Made by a program: the position numbers and the translations under genes. Shown piece after piece: positions 27,893 through 36,588 of a stretch of 64,000 nucleotides of DNA. This stretch comes from Syntrophales bacterium (GTDB taxonomy: Bacteria > Desulfobacterota > Syntrophia > Syntrophales > UBA2185), in contig JBEKOL010000002.1 in NCBI GenBank assembly GCA_049521775.1, positions 63,942-127,941 on the forward strand, in the 5' to 3' direction. The first letter of the stretch is position 1. Each line of letters begins with the position of its first letter. The notes below the pieces were generated by a model, which was not told the DNA's origin, did not search any database, and worked only from the letters and a program-made list of their open reading frames with translations.

Positions 27893-29026
27893 ATGATGAA
27901 TGTTCAAAAACCTCTCATTTTGATCATTGATGATGAGGAATCCCTACGGGATGGATGCAGGCAGACGCTGGAAAGGTCGGGGTATGTCGTCTTGACTGCG
28001 GGGGAGGGGGTCGACGGCATCAAGATCGCGAGGGAGAATAAACCGGACATAGCCTTTGTAGATCTTAAAATGCCAGGTATATCGGGTATGGAAATCATTG
28101 AAATCCTCTCCAGAGATATACCTGATATTATCCTTATCATGATTACCGGCTACGCAACCATAGTCTCCGCTGTGGAAGCCATACAGAAAGGGGCCTATGA
28201 CTACCTTCCGAAACCGTTCAGCCCCGACCAGTTGCGGGCTGTCGCCAGGCGAGGACTTGAGCATCGTAACCTCAGGATAGAAACGAGAATTTTGAGGGAA
28301 GAAAAGGAGCGGATGGAGAGAGATTTCATTACGTTTGTAAGCCACGAAATGCGTTCCCCTCTGGTCGTCATCAGGCAATGCATGGAATCTCTCAAAGCAA
28401 TCGCCGGCAATCGCTTCGATAAAGACGTCACAGACCTTATTGAGAGATGCAGTACGCGTGTCGAGAATCTTGAGGGATTGATTGAACACTGGCTGGATCT
28501 CAGCCGAATAGAAAACGGCACCTTTGCACAAAAGAAAGAGTCCTTGAGGTTATCAGACGTCATTTCGCTCAGCGCCGAGGAATTGATGCCTATATGCAAC
28601 GAAAGAGGAATTGCACTTGAGGTAAATGTGCCGGAAAATTTATTCCAAATTGTCGGGGATGAGGAAAGCCTAGTCAGAGTATTTATCAATATCATAGGCA
28701 ATGCAACAAAATATACGCCGGATGGCGGCAGAATATGTGTCTCTGCCCGGAACGGCGAGTACTATGTTACTGTGAACATTTCGGATACAGGGATTGGCAT
28801 TCCCCAGGACAAGCTCCCCTTTATCTTTGAGCCGTTTTTCAGAGCAGGGGGCAAGGAAGAACGCCACAGAGGGTCCGGTCTCGGATTGACTTTTTGCAAG
28901 AAGATCATGGATTCTCACGGCGGGGAAATAGGCGCCACATCGAAGGAAGGTGAAGGCACAACCTGTATATTGAAATTTCCCGTTCCCCATACCAGAGCTG
29001 ATAAAGTTTCTGAGGCCCCGGCATAG
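27893..29026 (+). CDS. hybrid response regulator / histidine kinase (REC + HisKA + HATPase_c)
   Basis: REC domain (ILIIDDE...FVDLKMP...KPF), an H-box FVSHEMRSPL, and N/G boxes (NIIGNATKYT, DTGIGI, GSGLGL). Confidence 0.9.
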   Translation: MMNVQKPLILIIDDEESLRDGCRQTLERSGYVVLTAGEGVDGIKIARENKPDIAFVDLKMPGISGMEIIEILSRDIPDIILIMITGYATIVSAVEAIQKGAYDYLPKPFSPDQLRAVARRGLEHRNLRIETRILREEKERMERDFITFVSHEMRSPLVVIRQCMESLKAIAGNRFDKDVTDLIERCSTRVENLEGLIEHWLDLSRIENGTFAQKKESLRLSDVISLSAEELMPICNERGIALEVNVPENLFQIVGDEESLVRVFINIIGNATKYTPDGGRICVSARNGEYYVTVNISDTGIGIPQDKLPFIFEPFFRAGGKEERHRGSGLGLTFCKKIMDSHGGEIGATSKEGEGTTCILKFPVPHTRADKVSEAPA

Positions 29027-29079
29027 GGCGTCTTAAGAAGCTTTTCTCTTTCAATGGACCATTACCGGACAAACGACGC

Positions 29080-29301
29080 ATGCCCATAACATACGACGAC
29101 GCAAAAGATTACCAGTTTCATGAGAAAGACATGCCGGGCCGATGTTTTGTCTGTCATAAATACACGGACGTACTGCTGATATTCCGACAAATCAAAAGCA
29201 TGTTGCTTGTCCATCTCTGCCGGGACTGCATATATGAAAACATCGCAGATTATCTCCTGGACAATACGAGACCCTGGCTCAGCGAAAAAAACACTATTTA
29301 G
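29080..29301 (+). CDS. hypothetical small Cys-rich (zinc-ribbon-like) protein
   Basis: 73 aa with CFVC-N21-CRDC. It shares an LCR(D/Q)C.YE motif with the 29811 ORF. There is no convincing RBS, and a competing antisense ORF spans 29062..29493. Confidence 0.3.
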   Translation: MPITYDDAKDYQFHEKDMPGRCFVCHKYTDVLLIFRQIKSMLLVHLCRDCIYENIADYLLDNTRPWLSEKNTI

Positions 29302-29607
29302 CAAAGCGACGGTTGGTGGGTCCTGTGGCTTAAGAAGGGTGTTTGATCTTACCAGCCGGAGACGCAGCTCCCGCAATCCTGTCCCTAGCCGGATCGAGTA
29401 CAATTCCCTAAATTGTGAAATATATTTAAGTCTTCTACCGCTATGCTTGCTGACGTCTATCGTATTCGATAAAACGGCAGAGAGGGTTATCATCTGTTTG
29501 TTTGCATGTTCTCCACGGGAGATGTTACGATAAAGGCTGTAATATATCTCCCCTATCCATCCCGGACCTCAAAGGAAGATTTGATCAAAAAAAATTTCTT
29601 GTAGAGT

Positions 29608-29648
29608 TCAGAAAATAGTTGACATAATGAATCATATTTTGGTAGAGA
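29608..29648 (+). promoter_or_regulatory. sigma-70-type promoter with conserved upstream block (CoA-transferase operon 1)
   Basis: TCAGAAAATAGTTGACAT (29608-29625) is identical to 60522-60539. TTGACA is followed by an 18-nt spacer and then an extended -10, TGgTAGAGA. Confidence 0.55.
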
Positions 29649-29810
29649 GAACCCTCTATTGATAGGGGTCTTTCGAAGACCGGATAAATCTGGCGTACGA
29701 GATGCTCTATTTCTCGACCTTAAGCGGTTTTTTCTACTGCCCACTTTGCCTTGTTGCGATACCATTGCTTGCTTTAAGGAAAAAACAAAAAGATCACGGG
29801 ACGAAAGACC

Positions 29811-30017
29811 ATGTCCATCTTTCCCCATGATTGCGATGAATGCGGCCAGCCTGAGGAGAGCTTCAGGTTTTGCGAGAGCAGGTGCATGCTGCAGAGTTGT
29901 CCCGAATGCAGTTTTCTTTTACAACTTTATGGAACTGGTTGCGGAAATATCCGCGTTTATTATCTATGCCGTCAATGTTATGAGAGGCGCATTGAGCGGG
30001 GGTTTGTGGAGCCCTAG
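29811..30017 (+). CDS. hypothetical small Cys-rich protein in the operon leader
   Basis: 68 aa with 9 Cys (CDEC, C..C, CPEC, CRQC). Located between the promoter block and the CoA-transferase start. The RBS is weak. Confidence 0.35.
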   Translation: MSIFPHDCDECGQPEESFRFCESRCMLQSCPECSFLLQLYGTGCGNIRVYYLCRQCYERRIERGFVEP

Positions 30018-30097
30018 GAAGGAGGTATGAGCTGCTTTCCGTTAATTGTTGGCATTACTAACTCTATTTTATTATTTAATAGGAAAAGGAGGATTAC

Positions 30098-31135
30098 ATG
30101 GCAGATATCGACAAAAGGATGACGCTCAAAGAAGCGGTAGCAAAATTCATCCATGATGGCGATGTAGTATACTATGGGGGCTTCCAGATCATGGTCCCCA
30201 TGGCCCTGACTCACGAAATCATCAGGCAGAAGAAGAGGCACCTTACTACCATCGAATCTTCGACGGACGTGGGTGGTCTGGACCTTATGGTGGGTGCCGG
30301 CTGTGTGTCGGAAATTCACTCTGCCTGGATCATGAACTGGTACGTGAAGGCCCCCTATGCCGTTCGCCGGGCATTCAATCAAGGTCACCTCAAGAGGTAT
30401 GACATCTCTAACTTCGGCGCCACCACCGCGATGATGGCAGGTTTTATGGGCATTCCCTTCATGCCCATCCTGGGAAATATCGGGTCGGATATGCAAAAAC
30501 ACAACATAAACGATCTCAGGGTAATAGAAGATCCTTTCACCGGCAAGAAGGTAAATGTTGTGCGCGCCTGGCGTGCCGATGTGGGGATCATCCACGCACA
30601 GAAGGCCGACCGTCTTGGCAATGTGATATCTTATGGAACCCGGGGTGTCACCGACGAATTCGGCGCCAACGGAACAACGCGTGGTGTCATCGTTACGGCC
30701 GAGGAGATTGTGGAGCCGGAGGTAACCAGATCTGATCCGGACCGCGTGATTGTTCCCTACTTCAAGACCCTGGCCGTTGTCCACTGCCCGTATGGTGCCC
30801 ATCCCTCGGCATGCCGCGGCTACTACGGCCTGGACATCCGCTTCTCTCAGTATCAGGGGAGATATGAGCGGTACGCAGACCTCCTGCCCGCCTTCCTCGA
30901 TGAATGGGTATACGGCTGCAAAGACCACGCCGCGTACATAGAAAAATATAAATCGAAATTCGGCCAGAAAGGCCTGGACCTGCTGAAACCCAAGCTCGGC
31001 TTTACGCCGAGCCCAAAACTGGGTGTCGATTACGGTTACCATGATCCGACATGCTGGAAGGGTGTGCCCATGTACACGGATGACCGGCTGAAGGCTTACG
31101 AAGAAGCGCTCGCCGCGAAGAAAGGGGGTAAGTAA
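30098..31135 (+). CDS. class I CoA-transferase subunit A (glutaconate CoA-transferase GctA-like)
   Basis: KRMTLKEAVAKFIHDGDVVYYGGF N-terminus and GIPFMP; 345 aa. AAGGAGG RBS. Followed 2 nt later by the B subunit. Confidence 0.85.
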   Translation: MADIDKRMTLKEAVAKFIHDGDVVYYGGFQIMVPMALTHEIIRQKKRHLTTIESSTDVGGLDLMVGAGCVSEIHSAWIMNWYVKAPYAVRRAFNQGHLKRYDISNFGATTAMMAGFMGIPFMPILGNIGSDMQKHNINDLRVIEDPFTGKKVNVVRAWRADVGIIHAQKADRLGNVISYGTRGVTDEFGANGTTRGVIVTAEEIVEPEVTRSDPDRVIVPYFKTLAVVHCPYGAHPSACRGYYGLDIRFSQYQGRYERYADLLPAFLDEWVYGCKDHAAYIEKYKSKFGQKGLDLLKPKLGFTPSPKLGVDYGYHDPTCWKGVPMYTDDRLKAYEEALAAKKGGK

Positions 31136-31137
31136 TT

Positions 31138-31905
31138 ATGGCTGATTATAAACTGACAGAACTTATGACAATCCGCGCTGCCAAAGAAATTACAGACGGA
31201 GAGGTTGTCTTCATAGGAGTGGGACTGCCAATTATGGTGGCCGCATATGCCTTTGCCACCCACGCCCCCAACATGATTATGTTCACCGAGGGCGGCGCCA
31301 TTCGGGCGACACCTCCTCAGGCCCTTGCGATCACCGTGGATGACCCTGCTGCTTTCCTCGGGGGCGATGCAACGTTCGGTATGCTGGCCACCATGGCCGC
31401 GCTGCAGCGCGGCGAGGTCGACCTTGCCTTCCTCGGCGGCGCCCAGATCGACAAGTACGGCAACATCAACTCGACGGGAGCAGGGGACTGGTCCAAGAAG
31501 GAAAGCTTCACCTACTTTGCCGGAAGCGGTGGCGCGAACGATATGGCGACTTCAGGCAAAAGGACCGTTGCCATTATGCCCCAGGATAAAAAGAAGTTCG
31601 TCGAAAAATGTGAATACATTACCACTCCCGGCTACCTCGGTGGCCCGGGAGAACGCGAGAAACTCGGCATGATCGGTGGGGGGCCGAACTGTGTGATCAG
31701 CACCATGGGCGTCTACAGGTTCGATGAAGACACCAAGGAGATGTACCTGGCCGAGTTCTTTCCCGGCCAGTCCGTGGAGAAGGTCAAGGCCGCCTGCGCA
31801 TGGGATCTCAAGGTATCGCCCAATGTCGTGGAGACCACTCAGCCGACCGAGAAAGATATTAAGATCCTCAGAGATCTTGACCCGACCGGTTTCTATCTTG
31901 GATAG
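31138..31905 (+). CDS. class I CoA-transferase subunit B (GctB-like)
   Basis: VVFIGVGLP, the catalytic-Glu context MFTEGGAI, and GGAQIDKYGNINST. It is 255 aa. Confidence 0.85.
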   Translation: MADYKLTELMTIRAAKEITDGEVVFIGVGLPIMVAAYAFATHAPNMIMFTEGGAIRATPPQALAITVDDPAAFLGGDATFGMLATMAALQRGEVDLAFLGGAQIDKYGNINSTGAGDWSKKESFTYFAGSGGANDMATSGKRTVAIMPQDKKKFVEKCEYITTPGYLGGPGEREKLGMIGGGPNCVISTMGVYRFDEDTKEMYLAEFFPGQSVEKVKAACAWDLKVSPNVVETTQPTEKDIKILRDLDPTGFYLG

Positions 31906-31938
31906 TTATTAGGAAAGAGAAACCATACAAATAACGTA

Positions 31939-31973
31939 AGAGAGCGGTGTTTTTCTCTGCACCGCTCTCTTTT
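31939..31973 (+). terminator. rho-independent terminator after CoA-transferase operon 1
   Basis: AGAGAGCGGTG (31939-31949) pairs with CACCGCTCTCT (31960-31970) around a 10-nt loop, followed by TTT. Confidence 0.7.
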
Positions 31974-32195
31974 AGGGATATTTACCTGATAAGAATCTGA
32001 TTGAGGTCCTCACAAAGAGGCCATTTCAGCATCGGCAATTATTCCCTCTCATTAAAAAGCGTTCCGGCGACTTGCGCGCAGTTGCAGGAAATGCGTGCGC
32101 AAGACACGAGAAGTGTGGATTGGGCTGCAACAACCGGTCTCTAGACTCGTGACTGACGATGCCGGCCACGCACCGTCGGATATCCTGCAGGTGGT

Positions 32196-32765
32196 ATGAT
32201 GCAACAAAAGATCATAGAGGCAAACTTGCAAAATAACAGCCGCAATAAAATGGAGGAAAGATACCTCAAGTATCGGCACTATTATGCAGGGATTGACATT
32301 TCCGGCTTCGGCGGATATGGAAAGGCCGTCTATTCACCTCTCTTGCCTGTGTTTGATCGCTGTTATAAAAGGAAGTCTCTCCATGATGTCCCCCCCAATA
32401 TCACCTTTCTGGAAGACAGGGCATATCTTGTCGAGCATTCGGATTACAAAAAGGAAAGGGGAGGTGCGATCAGCTTTCATATAAAAGTGATGGCCCTCAG
32501 CATGATTGGGCTCATTATGAATCACAACAGTGATGTGATCTCGAGACAACTCCTGGAGGCCATAGTGATTGATATTTCTAGGCACACCAAATCCTACGAT
32601 TACGCCTCGTGCTTTTGCTTTTCGATAACCGTCAAGATGTTTATCGATATGCTGAAGGAGGAATTTTCTCATTTCGGAAGTCCGGTGACGGATCTATCGT
32701 TTTATGATTTTGCCAACGAGGAAACGGTAGCGCCAAAACCAGAGCCGGTCATCAGCGTCCTCTAA
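32196..32765 (+). CDS. hypothetical protein (orphan)
   Basis: A 189-aa ORF with no recognisable motif, weak RBS, and apparently AT-richer surroundings. Confidence 0.4.
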   Translation: MMQQKIIEANLQNNSRNKMEERYLKYRHYYAGIDISGFGGYGKAVYSPLLPVFDRCYKRKSLHDVPPNITFLEDRAYLVEHSDYKKERGGAISFHIKVMALSMIGLIMNHNSDVISRQLLEAIVIDISRHTKSYDYASCFCFSITVKMFIDMLKEEFSHFGSPVTDLSFYDFANEETVAPKPEPVISVL

Positions 32766-32850
32766 TGGACGTGCCCATCTCTCCATCATAAAATCTCTCA
32801 CCTTCTATCAAAAAGGTACACTACAAATAACAATGTTCTCAATAGGTTCC

Positions 32851-32879
32851 TTGACGATAAAGAAGCAAAAATGTTAAAT
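32851..32879 (+). promoter_or_regulatory. sigma-70-type promoter candidate
   Basis: TTGACG, a 17-nt spacer, then TTAAAT, about 20 nt upstream of the MBL-hydrolase start. Confidence 0.45.
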
Positions 32880-32899
32880 GATCTTAAGGAGTGCCAAGT

Positions 32900-33529
32900 A
32901 TGTATCTGCACCAAGTTGAGGTTGGTCATATGGCCGTATTCGCCTATATTGTGGGCGACCCGGAAACAGGCGAAGGCCTGGTAATAGATCCGGCAGCAGC
33001 CGTGGACGGCATCATTAAAGCCGCGAAAGAGAACAATATCAGGATCAAATACATCGTTAATACACACGGGCATGTGGACCATATGACAGGGAATGCGGAG
33101 ATGAAAACCAAGACGGGCGCGCAGATTATCGTCCACAAGGATGATGCCGAACTGCTCATGTTCACACCAGCCGCTGTCTTCAGACTGCACGGCGCCGAGC
33201 GATCACCGTATCCGGATATCATCGTGAATGACGGCGATGACATCAGGGTGGGAAACATTTCCCTCAAAGTCATCCATACACCGGGACATACGCAGGGCGG
33301 CATATCTCTTTATACAGAAGGGTATGTCTTCACAGGGGATGCCCTTTTTGTGGAGGCTGTGGGAAGGACCGATTTTCCTGGAGGGTCTTGGCTGGTTCTG
33401 CGCCATTCAATAATGGAAAAGCTCTTCACATTGCCTGATGACACAAAGGTGATGCCAGGCCACAACTACGGGAGGATGCCGTCGTCCACCATAGGGCACG
33501 AGAAGATGTATAATCCATACCTGAGATAG
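32900..33529 (+). CDS. MBL-fold metallo-hydrolase (glyoxalase II-like)
   Basis: HGHVDHMTG (HxHxDH), HTPGHTQG and GDALF. The ATG at 32900 follows AAGGAG; the ORF-track GTG at 32891 is less likely. Confidence 0.85.
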   Translation: MYLHQVEVGHMAVFAYIVGDPETGEGLVIDPAAAVDGIIKAAKENNIRIKYIVNTHGHVDHMTGNAEMKTKTGAQIIVHKDDAELLMFTPAAVFRLHGAERSPYPDIIVNDGDDIRVGNISLKVIHTPGHTQGGISLYTEGYVFTGDALFVEAVGRTDFPGGSWLVLRHSIMEKLFTLPDDTKVMPGHNYGRMPSSTIGHEKMYNPYLR

Positions 33530-33542
33530 GTACCAACCCTCC

Positions 33543-34031
33543 TTATACTGGCAGAGAGGCCGACAGTAAAGGCAGGATCGCCATCATGTCGCCGATGATC
33601 TCTTCGGCTATGGCGGGGAGCTTTTCATTGAGATCTATCGATAGACTCTCATCGAAGGTTACTTCACTACCTATTTCGACACCGTAGACTGCGGCAAGGC
33701 GAGGCATCTCAAAGCCGCATTGCACGCCGAGTTCCATAAGCTCAAAGATATTTAAGCCGTGCGAGGTAAAGAGATGCAGCGTGCCGCAGCGGTCATCTGC
33801 GCCGATCTTCTTGAGTTCTCCCATCTTTCCTTCTTTCGTGGTCATGGCATCGATGATGAAGATAGTATCGTAGCCCATGATTAAGTCGAAGAGGGAAAGG
33901 CCGATCATGGCGCTTGCTGCGACATCCGCCCCGCGGATTTTGTTCCGGAGCATTTCGGCGAGCGCCAGACCCACTCCGTCATCCGACAGGATGGGATTGC
34001 CCATGCCAAGGATAAGAGTCTTCATTGTCAA
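33543..34031 (-). CDS. hydrogenase maturation endopeptidase (HyaD/FrhD family)
   Basis: LILGMGNPILSDDGVGL N-terminus, an FIIDA segment, and 162 aa length. It is the last gene of the hydrogenase operon. Confidence 0.88.
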   Translation of the reverse strand: MTMKTLILGMGNPILSDDGVGLALAEMLRNKIRGADVAASAMIGLSLFDLIMGYDTIFIIDAMTTKEGKMGELKKIGADDRCGTLHLFTSHGLNIFELMELGVQCGFEMPRLAAVYGVEIGSEVTFDESLSIDLNEKLPAIAEEIIGDMMAILPLLSASLPV

Positions 34032-34098
34032 TTCAGTCCTCCGACATCCCTCGTTTCATAAAGAAACGAAATATGCATCTTTCAATACCTCCCATCTA

Positions 34099-35559
34099 TC
34101 ATCGGCTTATTTCCCTGATCACTCTTCCTTCGTGATCTCTAATCTTTACCTGGAGCGGCATTGTGCCGGGCAGTGAGTGGGTGGCGCAGGAGAGACAGGG
34201 ATCGTAGGCCCGAAACGCCATTTCCACCATGTTCAGGAAGCCCTCCTTTACGTCCGGGCCGTGGACAAATTCCTGGGCGGCCTTCTTTACGGACAGGCAG
34301 ATGGGGGCGGCATTATTTTGCGTAGCCACGATGAGGTTGACTTTCGTGAGTATGCCTTCGTCATCGGTTTCGTAGTGGTGGAAGAGTGTTCCCCGGGGCG
34401 CCTCCACACATCCCACGCCCTTGTTTTTGAGCTTGAGATTCATGTTTCTGATATCTTTGCTGGTGAGCCGTGGTTCATCCGCGATGATCACATTATTCTC
34501 CGCGGCCTGAAGCGCGCAGATGAGCCGTGCCCAGTGCGTGGCGAGCGTGTGATGAGCGGGCTTGCCTCCCAGGGTATCGAACATGATCTCCGCTTCTTTT
34601 TGCGCAAGCGGGGTCTGCATGGCGCTGGCTACGTTGAGCCTGGCGAGCGGCGCGACACGGTATAGCGACGTACCGTTGCCTTCCGTGAGCCCCTGCCAGC
34701 CAAGCTGTCTTAAGTGGTTGAGTCTGATGTATGTCCACGGCTCCACCCATTCACCGATATGCTGGTCATAGTCGCGGGGATGGAATCTCACGTATTCTTT
34801 GCCTTCAGGGTCGATGACCTTGACCGTCCCGTCATAAAAGACAGCCCTGTCGTTCTCATCCACCAGGGCCATGTAATAAGTCTTCAGCTTATAGGCATCG
34901 TTCAGGATCAGATCCACGTAGGACTTGTTTGTGAGAACTACATCCTTGAAGAGCTGAATGGCGAATTTGGCGAAGTCGAGAGAAAATACGGCGGTGTCTT
35001 TGACCCATTTCCGGTCCTGCTCGGTAAATCCCCTCGGTACGCCACCGGGCAACCCGCCTTCCGGGTGCGGCGCCTTGGTGAAGATATGCCGGATGATGTC
35101 CCGGTTTCTCTTTCTGACCTCAATGACCTTGATGCCTATTTCCTTGCCCACCTTGCCGATAACGCCGAGGATGTTTCGCTCTTTCGGATCGGCGTGTGGA
35201 CCAACGACAAAATCGGGCGCCGCGAGGAAGAAGAAGTGTATGTAATGGTCCTCAATATAGAAGGCATTGAATTCGAGTTCCCTGATCAGCCTTGCCGCCG
35301 GGGTGGGCTCAACACTGTAAAGGTCGTCGAGTGCTTTGGTGGCAGCCATGTGGTGCGCTGAAGGGCAGACGCCGCATATATTCGGTACGATTCTCGGCAT
35401 CTCCTCTGCGGGTCTGCCGAGGCAGAAACGCTCAAACCCCCGCAGTTCGGCCACCTGCCAATAGGCATCCTTTACGTCGCCTTTCTCATCGAGAAGCAAT
35501 TCTATCTTCCCGTGTCCTTCAAGCCTGGTGATCGGGTCTATGGTTATTTTTCGCGCCAT
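34099..35559 (-). CDS. [NiFe] hydrogenase large subunit, MvhA-like (group 3)
   Basis: ITIDPITRLEGHGKI N-terminus, the L1 motif ICGVCPSAH, and a C-terminal DPCLSCATH Ni-ligand motif (Cys, not Sec). It is 486 aa. Confidence 0.92.
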   Translation of the reverse strand: MARKITIDPITRLEGHGKIELLLDEKGDVKDAYWQVAELRGFERFCLGRPAEEMPRIVPNICGVCPSAHHMAATKALDDLYSVEPTPAARLIRELEFNAFYIEDHYIHFFFLAAPDFVVGPHADPKERNILGVIGKVGKEIGIKVIEVRKRNRDIIRHIFTKAPHPEGGLPGGVPRGFTEQDRKWVKDTAVFSLDFAKFAIQLFKDVVLTNKSYVDLILNDAYKLKTYYMALVDENDRAVFYDGTVKVIDPEGKEYVRFHPRDYDQHIGEWVEPWTYIRLNHLRQLGWQGLTEGNGTSLYRVAPLARLNVASAMQTPLAQKEAEIMFDTLGGKPAHHTLATHWARLICALQAAENNVIIADEPRLTSKDIRNMNLKLKNKGVGCVEAPRGTLFHHYETDDEGILTKVNLIVATQNNAAPICLSVKKAAQEFVHGPDVKEGFLNMVEMAFRAYDPCLSCATHSLPGTMPLQVKIRDHEGRVIREISR

Positions 35560-35561
35560 GA

Positions 35562-36539
35562 TTATTTCTCCTTTTTGTTGCTCTTTCGTTTCAGCGACGC
35601 CGAAGGGAGACTGAAGCGGTAACAGTAGCCTGCCAGGTCGGCAATACCTTCGATGACTTTTCCGGCCTCCGCCTCACTTTCTGCGCCGATGAGCGAGGCC
35701 AGTCCGGAGATTAACTTCGCACCCGCGTCATCCACACCGTCAACAGGACCGAAGCAACCTCTGCAGGGAATATTGGTTCTGATGCATGTTTCGCCGCACC
35801 CTGAGCGGATCGCGGGCCCTGCGCAGAGAACGCCCTGTGCCAGGAAACACTGGTCGTCTTTCGCTTCAATCTCGTGTATCCTTTTAAACTCCGAAATTTC
35901 CATCCTCAGCGGCTTGGATTTGTTCCGTGGACAGGCGTCGCACAAGGGCTTAGTCGGTGCGAGCGTCGCGCCTCTGGGAGGCAGCTTGTCTTCCAGGACG
36001 GCAAAGACCGCGTTTGCTATGAGTTCCGGCGGCGGCGGACATCCCGGCAGATAGTAGTCCACGTGGATAATATCGTGGAGCGGATATACGCGGTCAAAGA
36101 ATTCCGGCAGCGTCAACTTGTTTCCGTTGACTTTAGTTTCAGTCTGGGGCCTGTTTTTATTCGGGTTCACCACTGTCGGCGCATCCTGGTAGACCCAGTT
36201 GAAAATTTCCTCTTTTGAAATAAAATTCGCCAACCCCGCGGTTCCTCCAAAGCAGGCGCAGGCGCCAAAGGCCAGTACAAGCTGGGATTTTTCCCGGAGG
36301 AGCTTGGCCATCTCTTCCTGTTCTGAATTACGCACGGACCCATGAAGGATGGAGAGGGCTATCTCACCCTTCTTCATCTTGCGGATGCTTTCGTACTTGA
36401 AGTCTAAGGCGACAGGCCACAGCACGATATCCACGGCATCGGCGACCGTTAGAATCACTTCGTTCAGATCCACTATGGCCTCATCGCAGCCGGCGCAGGA
36501 TGCGAGCCAGTAAATTGCTACCTTGGGTTTCTCTGCCAT
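35562..36539 (-). CDS. [NiFe] hydrogenase small subunit, MvhG-like
   Basis: KVAIYWLASCAGCDEAIVDL, FGACACFGG, and distal-cluster cysteines. The ATG at 36539 follows GGAGG; the ORF-track start at 36623 is less likely. Confidence 0.9.
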   Translation of the reverse strand: MAEKPKVAIYWLASCAGCDEAIVDLNEVILTVADAVDIVLWPVALDFKYESIRKMKKGEIALSILHGSVRNSEQEEMAKLLREKSQLVLAFGACACFGGTAGLANFISKEEIFNWVYQDAPTVVNPNKNRPQTETKVNGNKLTLPEFFDRVYPLHDIIHVDYYLPGCPPPPELIANAVFAVLEDKLPPRGATLAPTKPLCDACPRNKSKPLRMEISEFKRIHEIEAKDDQCFLAQGVLCAGPAIRSGCGETCIRTNIPCRGCFGPVDGVDDAGAKLISGLASLIGAESEAEAGKVIEGIADLAGYCYRFSLPSASLKRKSNKKEK

Positions 36540-36588
36540 ATTTTCCTCCAATCTTCCCTTTTGCTCCTTATACGTAAACTTACCCAAA

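Noticed and set aside
29691-29706. Sigma-54-like sequence TGGCGTACGAGATGCT in the CoA-transferase operon 1 leader
   Set aside because: The GG-N10-GC spacing is right, but both half-sites deviate (TGGCgt, aTGC). It lies downstream of a better sigma-70-type promoter. It is too weak to call without a PWM score.
30014-31042. 342-aa minus-strand ORF covering almost all of CoA-transferase subunit A
   Set aside because: It is antisense to a gene with clear family motifs, an RBS and a coupled partner gene. Its own translation is low-complexity (R/G/V/H-rich) with no recognisable motif or RBS. This is a typical shadow ORF.
34714-35361. 215-aa plus-strand ORF opposite the [NiFe] large subunit
   Set aside because: It is a shadow ORF. 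The minus-strand product carries the complete N- and C-terminal Ni-binding motifs.
34099-35559. Possible selenocysteine ([NiFeSe]) hydrogenase or Sec in the MvhD/flavoprotein genes
   Set aside because: The large subunit ends DPCLSCATH with Cys codons, and no in-frame TGA interrupts any gene of the operon. I found no SECIS-like context.
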